Positions 29,965-39,548 of a stretch of 53,590 bases of DNA are shown piece after piece (the first letter of the stretch is position 1; each line of letters begins with the position of its first letter). Source of the stretch: a bacterium (lineage in GTDB: Bacteria; BMS3Abin14); NCBI GenBank assembly GCA_029210545.1, contig JARGFV010000002.1:1-53590 (forward strand), given 5' to 3'. The notes under the pieces were generated by a model. That model saw nothing but the letters and a program-made list of their open reading frames with translations. It was not told the DNA's origin and ran no database searches. Made by a program: the position numbers and the translations under genes.

Positions 29965-30144
29965 ATTATTTGAGCAAAGCGCAAAGGGAGAAGCAAAGAA
30001 TTGATGTTGGATTCCGGCTCAGGGCTATGCCGTGTCCGGAATGACGGATAAAAACACTCCGCGTCCCCGTGTCCCCGCGTCGAAAGGTTTTCCTCCTCCC
30101 TCCTCCCTGCTTTCCCTTGGCCCCCATCTTGCTCTTCCCCGTGA

Positions 30145-32595
30145 ATGAACTCAAGAATCCATAAAAGTCTCAAGATCCCCCTTCTCCCTCCTGCCTGTAT
30201 TCCTGCCCTGATCCTTGCCGTCAGCCTTGCCGTGGGCTGCCTGGCGGGGCGTCCGGATACCGGACTACCTTTTCACGTCGCCCTGCCTGCCGGTTCCGGA
30301 GCGGTGCTCGCGGCACTGCTGTGTCCCAACCCGATCACTGTGGCGGCGGCAGGCCTACTTGCCGGCAGCATTGTGGAAGGTGCCAGGCACTCCAGGGAGG
30401 AGACGTGCATGGGCCTGTTTATCCCGGAGACGACTCTCCGGGGTGTGGTCACCAGAACCAGGCCCGGGACCCACGGGTCGGTGCAGGTCACTCTCGATGT
30501 GAGCGAACTCCTTACCACGGAAAAGATCCCGGTGTGCTTCCCGGCGACCTTTTCCATGCCTGCATCAATGGCTGCCGGCAGCGTTACCGACGGATTACCG
30601 GAGTCGGGGAACACTGTGACCGTTCGTTCCGCTCTGGGGATGGGTGTTAACTCCCTTATGAGTGGACAGGGAGGCGCTGCGCACTGGAAGGGGGAAAGTG
30701 ATCAAGGGGGGGTCGTCGCCGCCGCAAGAAGGCGTCTCGCAGGGGCGATAGACCAGAGCGAAAGCCCTATGGCCGGCCTTCTCGCCTCCATGGCCCTGGG
30801 TGAGCGCTGGCGGGTTCACAGCCAGGTCCGGGATCTTCTCAGGCGCAGCGGAACGTACCACCTCCTGGCGGTCTCCGGGGTGCACATCGCCGCGGCCATC
30901 CTGTTCCCCTCCCTTGTTCTTCGTATGTGCTGCGCCATGTTCGGAGTATCGATGGTTGGCTGGAGCAGGATGGCACTGCTTGTCGTGTCGGCGGGCGCAG
31001 CCCTTTTCTACCTGTCCTTTACCGGTTCGAGCCCCTCGGCCATCCGTGCCTTTCTTTTTCTCCTCCTGTTTCATCTGGCAGCCGCGTCCGGCCGCCAAAG
31101 GCTCCCATTAGCTCTCCTGGCCTGGTGCGCTGTTCTCATCATCGCTTTTTCCCCGGCCAGTCAGCCCGACCTGGCCCTCGTCATGTCGGTGCTGGCCGTG
31201 ACCGGAATCCTGGCGGCATCACAGGCAAAAGGCGGACGTTGTGAAAAAGGGCATTGGCGCGCTGGGGCGGGTGAGCATGGACGTGGAGCAGGCCCGGGAC
31301 CATGGGCAGGAAAAGCGTGGCGTCAGGCATGGGGTGTTGTACTGGGTGCTGCCATATTCACCATGCCCGTGGTGGCCTGGTGCGCCTCCGGGATCTCCCT
31401 GGTGGGTCCGGTCGCCAACTTCCTCCTGTCGATCCCCTTCGGTCTCATCCTGATCCCATGGGCTGTCATGCTTGATATCCTCGCCCTCTGCCCGTGGGTG
31501 GATCTGGAGAGGATGGTCCGTTCCTGGGAGACCGCGGCCGGGTTTGTCATGGCCGCTGCGGATCTCATCACGAGTTTCCCACTTTCCTTCATACCCCTGT
31601 CGTGGACAGGCCGGGCAGCGGCGACCTTGTCGGCAGTCGGTGCGGCGTGGATCTGGGGACGGGCAGGATGGGGAATCCGCCGGGGGGCGCTCCTCTTCCT
31701 CACAATTGGGTGTATTTCAGGAACGATACATTACGTGGACGAGATGGTGAGAGGGCGTGACCTGACCGTCTTCTTCCCTTCCCTCGGCCAGGCGGACGGG
31801 TCTGTCCTCCGGGTAAAAGGGCAGACCGTCCTCATCGACTGCGGGCCGCCGGGTTCGCCGGGCCGGCCGGCACCCATGGCAGGAGCGCTGGAAAAGCTGG
31901 GCATCAGGCGCGTGGATGCTCTTTTCATCTCGCACCCCCATCCCGACCATGGGGGAGGCCTGGGGGAGATCGCGGCCCGGTGGCCCATAGACCGTGTATT
32001 CCTGGCGGGCGACCACCGAAACCTGGGGGACTGGGAAACGGTGCTGGAAGCGGTTCCGGTAAACACCCCTGTCCGCCTTCTCCTGGCCGGGGACAAGGTC
32101 TGCCTGGGCGAGCTTGAGTTCAGAACACTGGGCCCGAGGGATGGGGCCGCCCTTTCGGCCGATCCCAACGGCGGGTCCATGATCCTGCTGGTCACCGGCG
32201 ACCGATTCAGGGGGCTGTTCACCGGGGATGCTCCGTGGAGCCTGGTAGCTGGAGCTTTACCGGGGGTAGGGGAGCTTGACCTTTTCAAGGTGCCTCATCA
32301 CGGGAGCGCCACCGGGTTTGCCGGGTCCGGGATGGAGGAGGTCATCGAATCGATGAGAGTCTCCGGGAACACAACGGATAGCACATGGGGCGGCCGCACA
32401 CGGTTCCTTTGCCCCTCACGAACTCCGGGACAGGGGACACTGCCCTCCAGGAAAGTGGTCAAATGGTTCGCCTCCCGGGGCATCCAGTTCATTTATCCGG
32501 AATATCCTGGAATTACCCTGCGGTATCTCAAGGATCGCCCAACGAAGTTCTCACGGCCGCACTTTGGCTGCCGCCTTCCCCTTATGACTCCGTAA
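30145..32595 (+). CDS. comEC: ComEC/Rec2 DNA uptake channel with metallo-beta-lactamase domain
   Basis: HLLAVSGVHI, PSAIRA, multiple TMs, GQADG, IDCG, SHPHPDHGGG, LFTGD, KVPHHGS. Start uncertain. Confidence 0.85.
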   Translation: MNSRIHKSLKIPLLPPACIPALILAVSLAVGCLAGRPDTGLPFHVALPAGSGAVLAALLCPNPITVAAAGLLAGSIVEGARHSREETCMGLFIPETTLRGVVTRTRPGTHGSVQVTLDVSELLTTEKIPVCFPATFSMPASMAAGSVTDGLPESGNTVTVRSALGMGVNSLMSGQGGAAHWKGESDQGGVVAAARRRLAGAIDQSESPMAGLLASMALGERWRVHSQVRDLLRRSGTYHLLAVSGVHIAAAILFPSLVLRMCCAMFGVSMVGWSRMALLVVSAGAALFYLSFTGSSPSAIRAFLFLLLFHLAAASGRQRLPLALLAWCAVLIIAFSPASQPDLALVMSVLAVTGILAASQAKGGRCEKGHWRAGAGEHGRGAGPGPWAGKAWRQAWGVVLGAAIFTMPVVAWCASGISLVGPVANFLLSIPFGLILIPWAVMLDILALCPWVDLERMVRSWETAAGFVMAAADLITSFPLSFIPLSWTGRAAATLSAVGAAWIWGRAGWGIRRGALLFLTIGCISGTIHYVDEMVRGRDLTVFFPSLGQADGSVLRVKGQTVLIDCGPPGSPGRPAPMAGALEKLGIRRVDALFISHPHPDHGGGLGEIAARWPIDRVFLAGDHRNLGDWETVLEAVPVNTPVRLLLAGDKVCLGELEFRTLGPRDGAALSADPNGGSMILLVTGDRFRGLFTGDAPWSLVAGALPGVGELDLFKVPHHGSATGFAGSGMEEVIESMRVSGNTTDSTWGGRTRFLCPSRTPGQGTLPSRKVVKWFASRGIQFIYPEYPGITLRYLKDRPTKFSRPHFGCRLPLMTP

Positions 32596-32604
32596 TATGT
32601 TCTC

Positions 32605-33018
32605 GGGCGGCGCGCCCAAATCAATGAATAGCCGCGCCTGGGAATGGCGCCCGGATCGATGATCGACCATCTACCGCGCCTGGGAATGGCGCCCGGATCG
32701 ATGATCGACCATCTACCGCGCCTGGGAATGGCGCCCGGATCAGTGACTGAAATACAGGTCACTGATCCGTGAGGGAACCGAAAACCACGCTTTTCGGTTT
32801 CCGTTGAGCCAAAGTCCTACTCGGACTTTGGCGATTTACAGTAGTCACCGTGAGGGAACCGAAAACCACGCTTTTCGGTTTCCGTTGAGCCAAAGTCCTA
32901 CCCGGACTTTGGCGATTTACAGTAGTCACCGTGAGGAAAGGGAAAACGACGCTTTTCCCTTCCCCCAGGACATTAATGAGCCAGGAAAAGTTCCGCCTGG
33001 ACTTTTTGCGACTCTATC
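32605..33018 (+). repeat. Family A copy A3, expanded by internal tandem duplications (42 bp x2.6; 81 bp x2)
   Basis: 42-bp unit starts at 32632, 32674 and 32716; 81-bp unit starts at 32767 and 32848; canonical A right end at 32929-33018; left TIR absent. Confidence 0.85.
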
Positions 33019-33040
33019 AAAATTGTGTTGTGTTTTCCCT

Positions 33041-33069
33041 CCAGACACCAGACACTAGACTCCAGACGC
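33041..33069. repeat. Heptamer tandem (CCAGACA CCAGACA CTAGACT CCAGACG)
   Basis: Read directly from the sequence. Confidence 0.7.
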
Positions 33070-33090
33070 TTTGTCTAATCCCTGCTCCTG

Positions 33091-33119
33091 TTGACAAGGG
33101 TCACTTGTTCTGATACTAA
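33091..33119 (+). promoter_or_regulatory. Possible sigma-70 promoter for the GGDEF gene
   Basis: TTGACA at 33091-33096 with TG-A-TACTAA at 17-nt spacing; weak -10 match. Confidence 0.35.
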
Positions 33120-33168
33120 AAACTGTTATTTTCTATATCTTTAGGCATTTTTCATCCGGGGAGATCCA

Positions 33169-34614
33169 ATGGCCAGATACAAGATTCTGGTCGTCGACGA
33201 CGACCAGTTTTCCCGCACATTCTGCCGACAGATCCTGGAAGAGGGCGATGACCTTTCTGTGGTCGAGGCTAACCAGGTCGATGAGGCGCTTCGGATCATT
33301 GCCGAAGGCGGCATCGATCTCGTCATTTCCGACCTCGTCATGCCTGAAAAGACCGGGCTCGACCTGGTTGAGATACTCCGTCTCGAGGCGCCCAGCCTCA
33401 AGGTGATCCTGATCACAGGGCACGGTACGGTTGAAAGCGCCGTCAAGGCCATGAAGCTGGGTGCCATTGATTATATCCGGAAGCCTCTTAACCCGGCGGA
33501 ATTCATGATCGTTGTCCGCAGGGCCCTTGAGCAGATCCGTCTTTCCGAAGAGAACCAGGCGCTCAAGAGCAGCCTCAAGCTTTACGATGTGAGCAGCCGG
33601 ATATCACGGACCATCGAGATCGAGGAACTCTACCAGACGATCTTCGATCTCATGATCCAGGAAACGGGAGCGACCAGAGGTTTCCTTTACGTGGTGGACC
33701 AGGAGCAGGGCGATTCCAACATCATCCTGTCCGAGGGGTTCGATGCTGACGACAACGAGGACCTTGACCGGAAGCTGTTCGAAGAGTACCAGATGGAACT
33801 CACCGATATCACGACCCCGTTTGTCCCCGGCAGCCCTCCGCTGGTCAAGATAAATTGCCGTTCCGTCTCGGATAGCATCCAGTCGGTCATGTTCGTTCCC
33901 CTCAGGAACAAGTCCGACATGGTAGGGATGGTGGTATTTTTTGACACCGAGCGGCTGGCGGTTTTCGGTGATGAGGAGATGAGGGTAGCGACTTTTCTCT
34001 GTGAACAGGCTAACGCCGCCCTGGAAAATGCCCTGCTTTACTCCCAGGCCAAGATCCTCACCATCACCGACGACCTCACCAACGTCTACAACTACCGTTA
34101 CCTCAACAATATCCTTGACCGGGAACTGGTGCGGGCTCAGCGGCTGAACTCATCCATGTCCGTCCTGTTCCTGGATCTCGATTCGTTCAAAAAGGTCAAC
34201 GATCACCACGGGCACCTTCTGGGCAGCAAGATCCTCATCGAGCTGGCCGGCCTGCTCAAGGGAGCCGTCCGAAAGGTGGACGCCGTGGCCCGGTATGGTG
34301 GCGACGAATACATTGTCGTCCTTACTGATACCAACTCCAAAGGCGCCATGATCGTGGCCGAGAGGATCCGGCAGATGGTGGAGGAGCACACCTTCACCGT
34401 GAGCGAGGGGTATCCCGTGAAGCTCACAATTTCCATCGGTGTAGCCTCCTATCCCGAACACGGGGTCAGCAAGGTGGAGCTGCTGCACCTTGCCGATGAA
34501 GCCATGTACCGCGGCAAGTACGGAAGGAAGAACATCGTTTACGTGGCGACGCCGGACGAAAAGACCCTGACTGGTCCGATCAGCCCGCCCGAGTCCATCC
34601 CAGATAGTCAATAA
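33169..34614 (+). CDS. REC-GAF-GGDEF dinucleotide cyclase with Hypr signature (GacA-like, putative 3',3'-cGAMP synthase)
   Basis: REC (VVDDD, ISDLVMP, RKP), GAF-like middle, DLDSFKKVNDHHGHLLGS (Ser353 where diguanylate cyclases have Asp), I-site RKVD, RYGGDEY; between comEC and hisS. Confidence 0.85.
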   Translation: MARYKILVVDDDQFSRTFCRQILEEGDDLSVVEANQVDEALRIIAEGGIDLVISDLVMPEKTGLDLVEILRLEAPSLKVILITGHGTVESAVKAMKLGAIDYIRKPLNPAEFMIVVRRALEQIRLSEENQALKSSLKLYDVSSRISRTIEIEELYQTIFDLMIQETGATRGFLYVVDQEQGDSNIILSEGFDADDNEDLDRKLFEEYQMELTDITTPFVPGSPPLVKINCRSVSDSIQSVMFVPLRNKSDMVGMVVFFDTERLAVFGDEEMRVATFLCEQANAALENALLYSQAKILTITDDLTNVYNYRYLNNILDRELVRAQRLNSSMSVLFLDLDSFKKVNDHHGHLLGSKILIELAGLLKGAVRKVDAVARYGGDEYIVVLTDTNSKGAMIVAERIRQMVEEHTFTVSEGYPVKLTISIGVASYPEHGVSKVELLHLADEAMYRGKYGRKNIVYVATPDEKTLTGPISPPESIPDSQ

Positions 34615-34626
34615 AGGATCACCACC

Positions 34627-35901
34627 ATGAGCTTGCTGATAAGGGGTATCCGGGGGTTCAGGGATATCCCCGCTGAGGAAGCTTTTCGGCATCGCTACGC
34701 AGAGGACCGGACCAGGGAGCATTTCGCCCTTTACGGTTACAGGGAGGTCCGCCTCCCCCTGGTAGAATCCACCGAACTGTTCGCCAGAGGTATCGGTGAG
34801 GCCACCGATATCGTCGAAAAGGAGATGTACACCTTCGAGGATCGGAACGGAGCCAGCCTGACCCTCCGCCCCGAGGGGACCGCTTCGGCCGTGCGAGCCT
34901 ATCTCGAGGGTGGGTGGAAGTCCCAGGGCAGAATCGCCAAGATCTTTTACACAGGGCCCATGTTCCGTTACGAACGTCCCCAGAAGGGCCGGTACAGGCA
35001 GTTCTACCAGGTCGGCCTCGAAGCTGTCGGGGGGGCCGGTCCCATGGTGGACGCCGAGGTCATCGACCTCCTTCACCGGCTTTTCGTGCGGCTCAAAGTG
35101 GACAATGTCAAGATCCTGGTCAACTCCCTTGGCTGTTCCGAATGCCGTCCGGCGTTCAGGGAAAAACTGCTCGCCTTCATCCAGGGAAAGACGGAAGAGC
35201 TTTGCGCCAACTGTGTCCGAAGGACGGGTTCCAACCCTCTCAGGGTGCTGGACTGCAAGGTCCCGTCGTGTCGTGAGGCCCTGACGGGGGCACCGGTGAT
35301 CCTCGACGACCTGTGCGCTGAGTGCGACGATCATTTCAAACGCGTACTCGAGGCGCTGACCGGCCTGGACGTGCCCCACGAGGTGGACCCGGGGATCGTC
35401 AGGGGCCTCGATTACTACAACCGGACAGCTTTCGAGGCCGTGTGTACAGGCCTCGGGGCCCAGAACGCCGTGGCTGCAGGCGGTCGTTACGACGGGCTGG
35501 CCCGGGAGATCGGCGGAGACGTGCCGGGCATCGGTTTTGCCATCGGTCTGGAGAGGCTGACCCTGGTCATGGACTGGGAGGGCCTGGAAGAGGCCGGTCC
35601 CGATTTTTTCGTCGCCTCGGCCACGACAGCCGCAAGGGTCCCGGCCATGGCCCTGGCCGACACTTTGCGAGAGCAGGGGTTCGCGGTCCAGACTGACCTG
35701 GAGGACCGAAGCCTGAAGGCCCAGTTCAGAAGTGCCCACCGCATGGGCGCGGCCCGGGTCCTCATCCTCGGTGACGACGAGTTGGCTGAGGGGTCCGTGC
35801 AGGTCAAGGATTTTGCCACAGGTGAACAGGTAAAGGTGGTACAAGAAAAGTTCGTTGAAGGTCTAAAGGGGCCGCCGCGCCTCTCCGGCAGCATAAAGTA
35901 G
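34627..35901 (+). CDS. hisS: Histidine--tRNA ligase
   Basis: RGFRD, LRPEGTA, FRYERPQKGRYRQFYQ, RGLDYY, AGGRYDGL, GFAIGLERL. Confidence 0.97.
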   Translation: MSLLIRGIRGFRDIPAEEAFRHRYAEDRTREHFALYGYREVRLPLVESTELFARGIGEATDIVEKEMYTFEDRNGASLTLRPEGTASAVRAYLEGGWKSQGRIAKIFYTGPMFRYERPQKGRYRQFYQVGLEAVGGAGPMVDAEVIDLLHRLFVRLKVDNVKILVNSLGCSECRPAFREKLLAFIQGKTEELCANCVRRTGSNPLRVLDCKVPSCREALTGAPVILDDLCAECDDHFKRVLEALTGLDVPHEVDPGIVRGLDYYNRTAFEAVCTGLGAQNAVAAGGRYDGLAREIGGDVPGIGFAIGLERLTLVMDWEGLEEAGPDFFVASATTAARVPAMALADTLREQGFAVQTDLEDRSLKAQFRSAHRMGAARVLILGDDELAEGSVQVKDFATGEQVKVVQEKFVEGLKGPPRLSGSIK

Positions 35902-36015
35902 CGTGAAAATCTCATCCCCGGAATCGCACGGTTTTTCATGTCTTGGCGGTTCCGGGGTTTCCGGCAGCATGGCTTGCTCTCTCCAGGCACTGCCGGAAAG
36001 GGAAGGAGAACGGCG

Positions 36016-37674
36016 ATGATCACATCGGGAAGTCTGAAGAGCATGGATCTGCTCAAGATCCTGAAGAATGCCGTAGCCAAGTCCTTTACCGGGACCATCA
36101 CCCTCAAGGGCAAGACCGGGCTGGCCTCCATCACCCTCAAGGGAGGCGAGGTCGTCTTTATCAGGGAACCGCGGATCAGGAGCAGGCTGGGGCGGTACCT
36201 TGTCAGCCGGAACATCATCACTGAAAAGGAGCTCCAAGGCGCCTTGAACGCGCAGAAAAAGAAAGGGGGCACTTTCCTCGGGGAAGTCCTCATCGAGCAG
36301 GGCGTTATCGACAAGGAGTCGCTGGACCAGGCTATGAAAAACGTGGCCGAAGAGTCTCTGGTGCACCTTTTCACCTGGGAGGAGGGCCTGTTCCGGGTGG
36401 AGGAGGAGGATGTCCCGGGCGACTCCATAGGGGACATCGATTACGAGGCCCTTGCCGGATCGGCCAGGCAGCTGGCTTCCGCCGTGGTGGACGACTGGGC
36501 CATCGACGAGATGATGCCCAAGGAAACCCGGATAAAGGATGACATCCGGGAGGAGATCTTCACGGCCGTCCGCCGCGTCAGCCAGAAACTCCGGGAGCTC
36601 AAGCCCGACGAGGTTGTTCTTCTCGTCGAGGACGAGATGCTCATGCGCGAGATGTTCCGGGACAAGCTCACTACCTTCGGGTTCGAGGTGGACGCGGTGG
36701 AATCTCCCCACAAGGCTCTCGAATTGCTGTCACAGTACGAGGAGGACGGCAAGATACCCATCGTCATCACCGATCTCATTATGCCCACCTTGAGCGGGAA
36801 GGGGATCTTCGGGGGACTCGAGCTTCTCGAGGAGATCCAGAAGACACACGGGCACATCCCGGTCATCGTCAACACGGCCTACCCGGACCCCTCGATCCGC
36901 AGACGGGCCCTCTTTCTGGGAGCCACCTACTATATCAACAAGCCGGAACGCAAGGATATCGCCCCTGACCAGCTGGAAAACCAGCTCAACCTTTTCATCG
37001 AGGAGGTCGCCCTCTGTATCCAGAACGTGATCCAGCGCCACGAGGTCTACTTCGAACGCGATCATCAGAACATCCTGAGAGAGGAACTCCTTTCCCAGCT
37101 CATCCAGTCCCGTGAGGAGCTGCAGAAGGTGGGAGAGGTCGTCCAGAGGGACTCGGGGGACATCAAGTTCCTGTCGGAGACGAGCGCAAAGATGGTGCGG
37201 GACAAGAGCCTGGGTAAAATGGCGGAGGTCATTGTGAACTTCGCTGCTGCCGAGATGGACCGTTGCGCGATCCTGCTCGTCCGCAAGGACGACGTCACAG
37301 GGTTCTACGGCTCAGACCGGCGCCCGAGGGGGGAGGGGTTCGGCGGGGCGATCAAGGGGCTGGCCATGAGCGTGTCCGATTCCCCCCTGCTCAGGCAGGC
37401 CGTGGAAGGGAAGAAGGTTGTCACCATGGAAAACCCCGGCGATCAGCTGGGAGCTGTCCTGAAGGGTGTCCTGGGTGACCCGCCCCCCCATCACACGGTG
37501 GTTCTTCCCATCATGGTGCAGAACATGGCCGTTGCCCTGCTCTATGGTGACGTGGTCCCCGGCGGGCCGCCGCCCAGGGAGATCGAGTCCCTCGAGATCC
37601 TGATGAACCTGGCCTCCCTTTCCCTCGAGATCCAGCAGCAGCAGGTCATGATCAAGAGGTTGAAAGGGAGTTAG
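36016..37674 (+). CDS. DUF4388 / MshEN-like / REC / GAF-like signalling protein
   Basis: DUF4388-type ITSGSLKSMDLLKIL...FTGTITL; RLGRYLVSRNIITEKELQGALNAQ and FLGEVLIEQGVI; REC (LVEDE, TDLIMP, NKP); GAF-like VLPIMVQNMAVALLYGD. ATG 36016 with AAGGAG. Confidence 0.72.
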   Translation: MITSGSLKSMDLLKILKNAVAKSFTGTITLKGKTGLASITLKGGEVVFIREPRIRSRLGRYLVSRNIITEKELQGALNAQKKKGGTFLGEVLIEQGVIDKESLDQAMKNVAEESLVHLFTWEEGLFRVEEEDVPGDSIGDIDYEALAGSARQLASAVVDDWAIDEMMPKETRIKDDIREEIFTAVRRVSQKLRELKPDEVVLLVEDEMLMREMFRDKLTTFGFEVDAVESPHKALELLSQYEEDGKIPIVITDLIMPTLSGKGIFGGLELLEEIQKTHGHIPVIVNTAYPDPSIRRRALFLGATYYINKPERKDIAPDQLENQLNLFIEEVALCIQNVIQRHEVYFERDHQNILREELLSQLIQSREELQKVGEVVQRDSGDIKFLSETSAKMVRDKSLGKMAEVIVNFAAAEMDRCAILLVRKDDVTGFYGSDRRPRGEGFGGAIKGLAMSVSDSPLLRQAVEGKKVVTMENPGDQLGAVLKGVLGDPPPHHTVVLPIMVQNMAVALLYGDVVPGGPPPREIESLEILMNLASLSLEIQQQQVMIKRLKGS

Positions 37675-37730
37675 TTAACAGTGAAACGTGTATGGCTTAT
37701 TCCCAATCACGAATCACGAGTCACGGCTAA
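37671..37730. repeat. Heptamer arms (GTTAGTTAACAGTGAAACGTG / AATCACG AATCACG AGTCACG)
   Basis: Starts at the stop codon and ends before the aspS RBS. Confidence 0.6.
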
Positions 37731-37745
37731 TTAAGGAGAACCACC

Positions 37746-39548
37746 TTGGAAAAGAGATCAAGCAAACTGGACCTGCTCGGAGACTGGCAACGCACTCATC
37801 ACTGCAGTCAACTCACCGAGGCAGACGTCGGTGAGAAGGTTCTCCTCATGGGCTGGATCCTGAGGCGCCGTGACCATGGAGGTCTCATCTTCGTCGATCT
37901 CAGGGACAGGTGGGGGATCACCCAGGTCGTGTTCAACCCGGAGAACGAACCGGTTTCCCACAAAAAGGCCGAGGCCCTCCGGTCCGAATGGGTCATCGCT
38001 GTCAGGGGAAAGGTGATCGCGCGTCCCGAAGGGATGCAGAACCCGGATCTCACCACGGGCGCAATCGAAGTCATGGCCAGTGAACTGAGGATCCTCAACA
38101 CCAGCGCGACCCCTCCTTTTGCCATTGATGAACGGGAAGGTACCGATATCGCCGAAAACCTCCGGCTCACGTACCGCTACCTGGACCTCCGGAGGGAGAG
38201 CCTGAAGAAGAACATGGTCTTAAGGTCCCTGGTGAGCAAGCGGGTCCGGGATTTCTTCTACAACGAAGAGTTCCTGGAGATCGAAACGCCGTTTCTGACC
38301 AAAAGCACCCCGGAGGGGGCCCGTGACTACCTTGTTCCCAGCCGCATCCAGCACGGGCACATGTATGCCCTTCCCCAGTCCCCCCAACTGTTCAAGCAGC
38401 TGCTCATGGTGTCCGGCTATGACCGCTACTTCCAGATCGTCCACTGTTTCAGGGACGAGGACCTCAGGGCAGACCGCCAGCCGGAGTTCACCCAGATAGA
38501 CGTGGAGATGTCGTTTATCACCGAAGACGTCCTGTTCGACGTTATGGAACGAATGATCACCGACCTGTTCAGCTTTGCCCTGGACACCCGGATCCAGTCG
38601 TCTTTCCCAAGGTTGTCCTATTCGGAGGCCCTGGACCGGTTCGGTCTGGACCGGCCCGACACCCGGTTCGCCATGGAACTCGTTGACCTGAGCGGACCGC
38701 TGAGCCGGACAGAGGCCAGACTTTTTTCAGAGACGGTGGCCGGCGGCGGGATCGTCAAGGCCATCAACGTTAAAGAAGGTGCGCGGCTGTCACGGAAAGA
38801 GCTGGACGAACTTGCCGATCACGTTGCCATTTACGGCGCAAAGGGTCTTGCGTGGTTCAAGAACAACCCCGACGGCTGGCAGTCGCCCCTGGCCAAGTTC
38901 ATCGGTGAGGATGTCCGCGGCCAGATCGCGCAGGCCGCCGGGTTTGAAACCGGCGATCTGCTCCTGGTCGTTGCCGGTGACTCCGCCATGGTCAACGAGT
39001 CCCTCGGACAGCTCAGGCTCCATGTTGCCCAGAAACTGGACCTCATCCCCGCGGGGCGGTTCGACTTCCTCTGGGTGGTTGATTTCCCCCTTTTCGAATA
39101 CGATGCCAGGGACGGACGCTACTATTCCATGCACCACCCCTTCACCTCCCCGGTGGAGGACGATATCCCCCTGCTTGGGACCGATCCCGGGAAGGTGAGG
39201 GCACGGGCCTACGACATGGTCCTCAACGGTTCGGAGATCGGCGGCGGAAGCATCAGGATCCACCGTCAGGATATCCAGAGCGCCGTCTTCCAGCTTCTCA
39301 ACATCGGTCCCGAGGAGGCAAGGGAGAAGTTCGGATTTCTCCTCGACGCCCTCCAGTATGGCGCCCCGCCCCACGGCGGCATCGCCTTCGGACTGGACAG
39401 GATCATGATGCTCCTTACTGGCGCAACCTCCATCAGGGACGTGATCCCCTTCCCCAAAACCCAGAAGGCAACCTGCCTGCTCACCGGCGCGCCGAGCGCG
39501 GTGGACCCCGCACAGCTGGCGGAGCTGGGGTTGCGGCTGAAGAAATAG
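37746..39548 (+). CDS. aspS: Aspartate--tRNA ligase, probably non-discriminating (Asp/Asn)
   Basis: [15 protein letters not shown] (His) and RPEG (Gly) are typical of non-discriminating AspRS; [44 protein letters not shown] start after AAGGAG. Confidence 0.95.
   Translation: MEKRSSKLDLLGDWQRTHHCSQLTEADVGEKVLLMGWILRRRDHGGLIFVDLRDRWGITQVVFNPENEPVSHKKAEALRSEWVIAVRGKVIARPEGMQNPDLTTGAIEVMASELRILNTSATPPFAIDEREGTDIAENLRLTYRYLDLRRESLKKNMVLRSLVSKRVRDFFYNEEFLEIETPFLTKSTPEGARDYLVPSRIQHGHMYALPQSPQLFKQLLMVSGYDRYFQIVHCFRDEDLRADRQPEFTQIDVEMSFITEDVLFDVMERMITDLFSFALDTRIQSSFPRLSYSEALDRFGLDRPDTRFAMELVDLSGPLSRTEARLFSETVAGGGIVKAINVKEGARLSRKELDELADHVAIYGAKGLAWFKNNPDGWQSPLAKFIGEDVRGQIAQAAGFETGDLLLVVAGDSAMVNESLGQLRLHVAQKLDLIPAGRFDFLWVVDFPLFEYDARDGRYYSMHHPFTSPVEDDIPLLGTDPGKVRARAYDMVLNGSEIGGGSIRIHRQDIQSAVFQLLNIGPEEAREKFGFLLDALQYGAPPHGGIAFGLDRIMMLLTGATSIRDVIPFPKTQKATCLLTGAPSAVDPAQLAELGLRLKK

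Noticed and set aside
32632-32928. CRISPR array
   Set aside because: The inter-repeat segments are identical, so these are tandem duplications rather than unique spacers; the units are 42 and 81 bp; no cas genes are present.
33019-33168. GEMM-I (c-di-GMP/cGAMP) riboswitch near the Hypr cyclase
   Set aside because: No GGCAAA...GNRA...GCAAAG architecture seen here or in the other spacers by eye; a covariance search is still advisable.
34150-35844. 564-aa minus-strand ORF
   Set aside because: Antisense to the GGDEF gene and hisS, both strongly supported.
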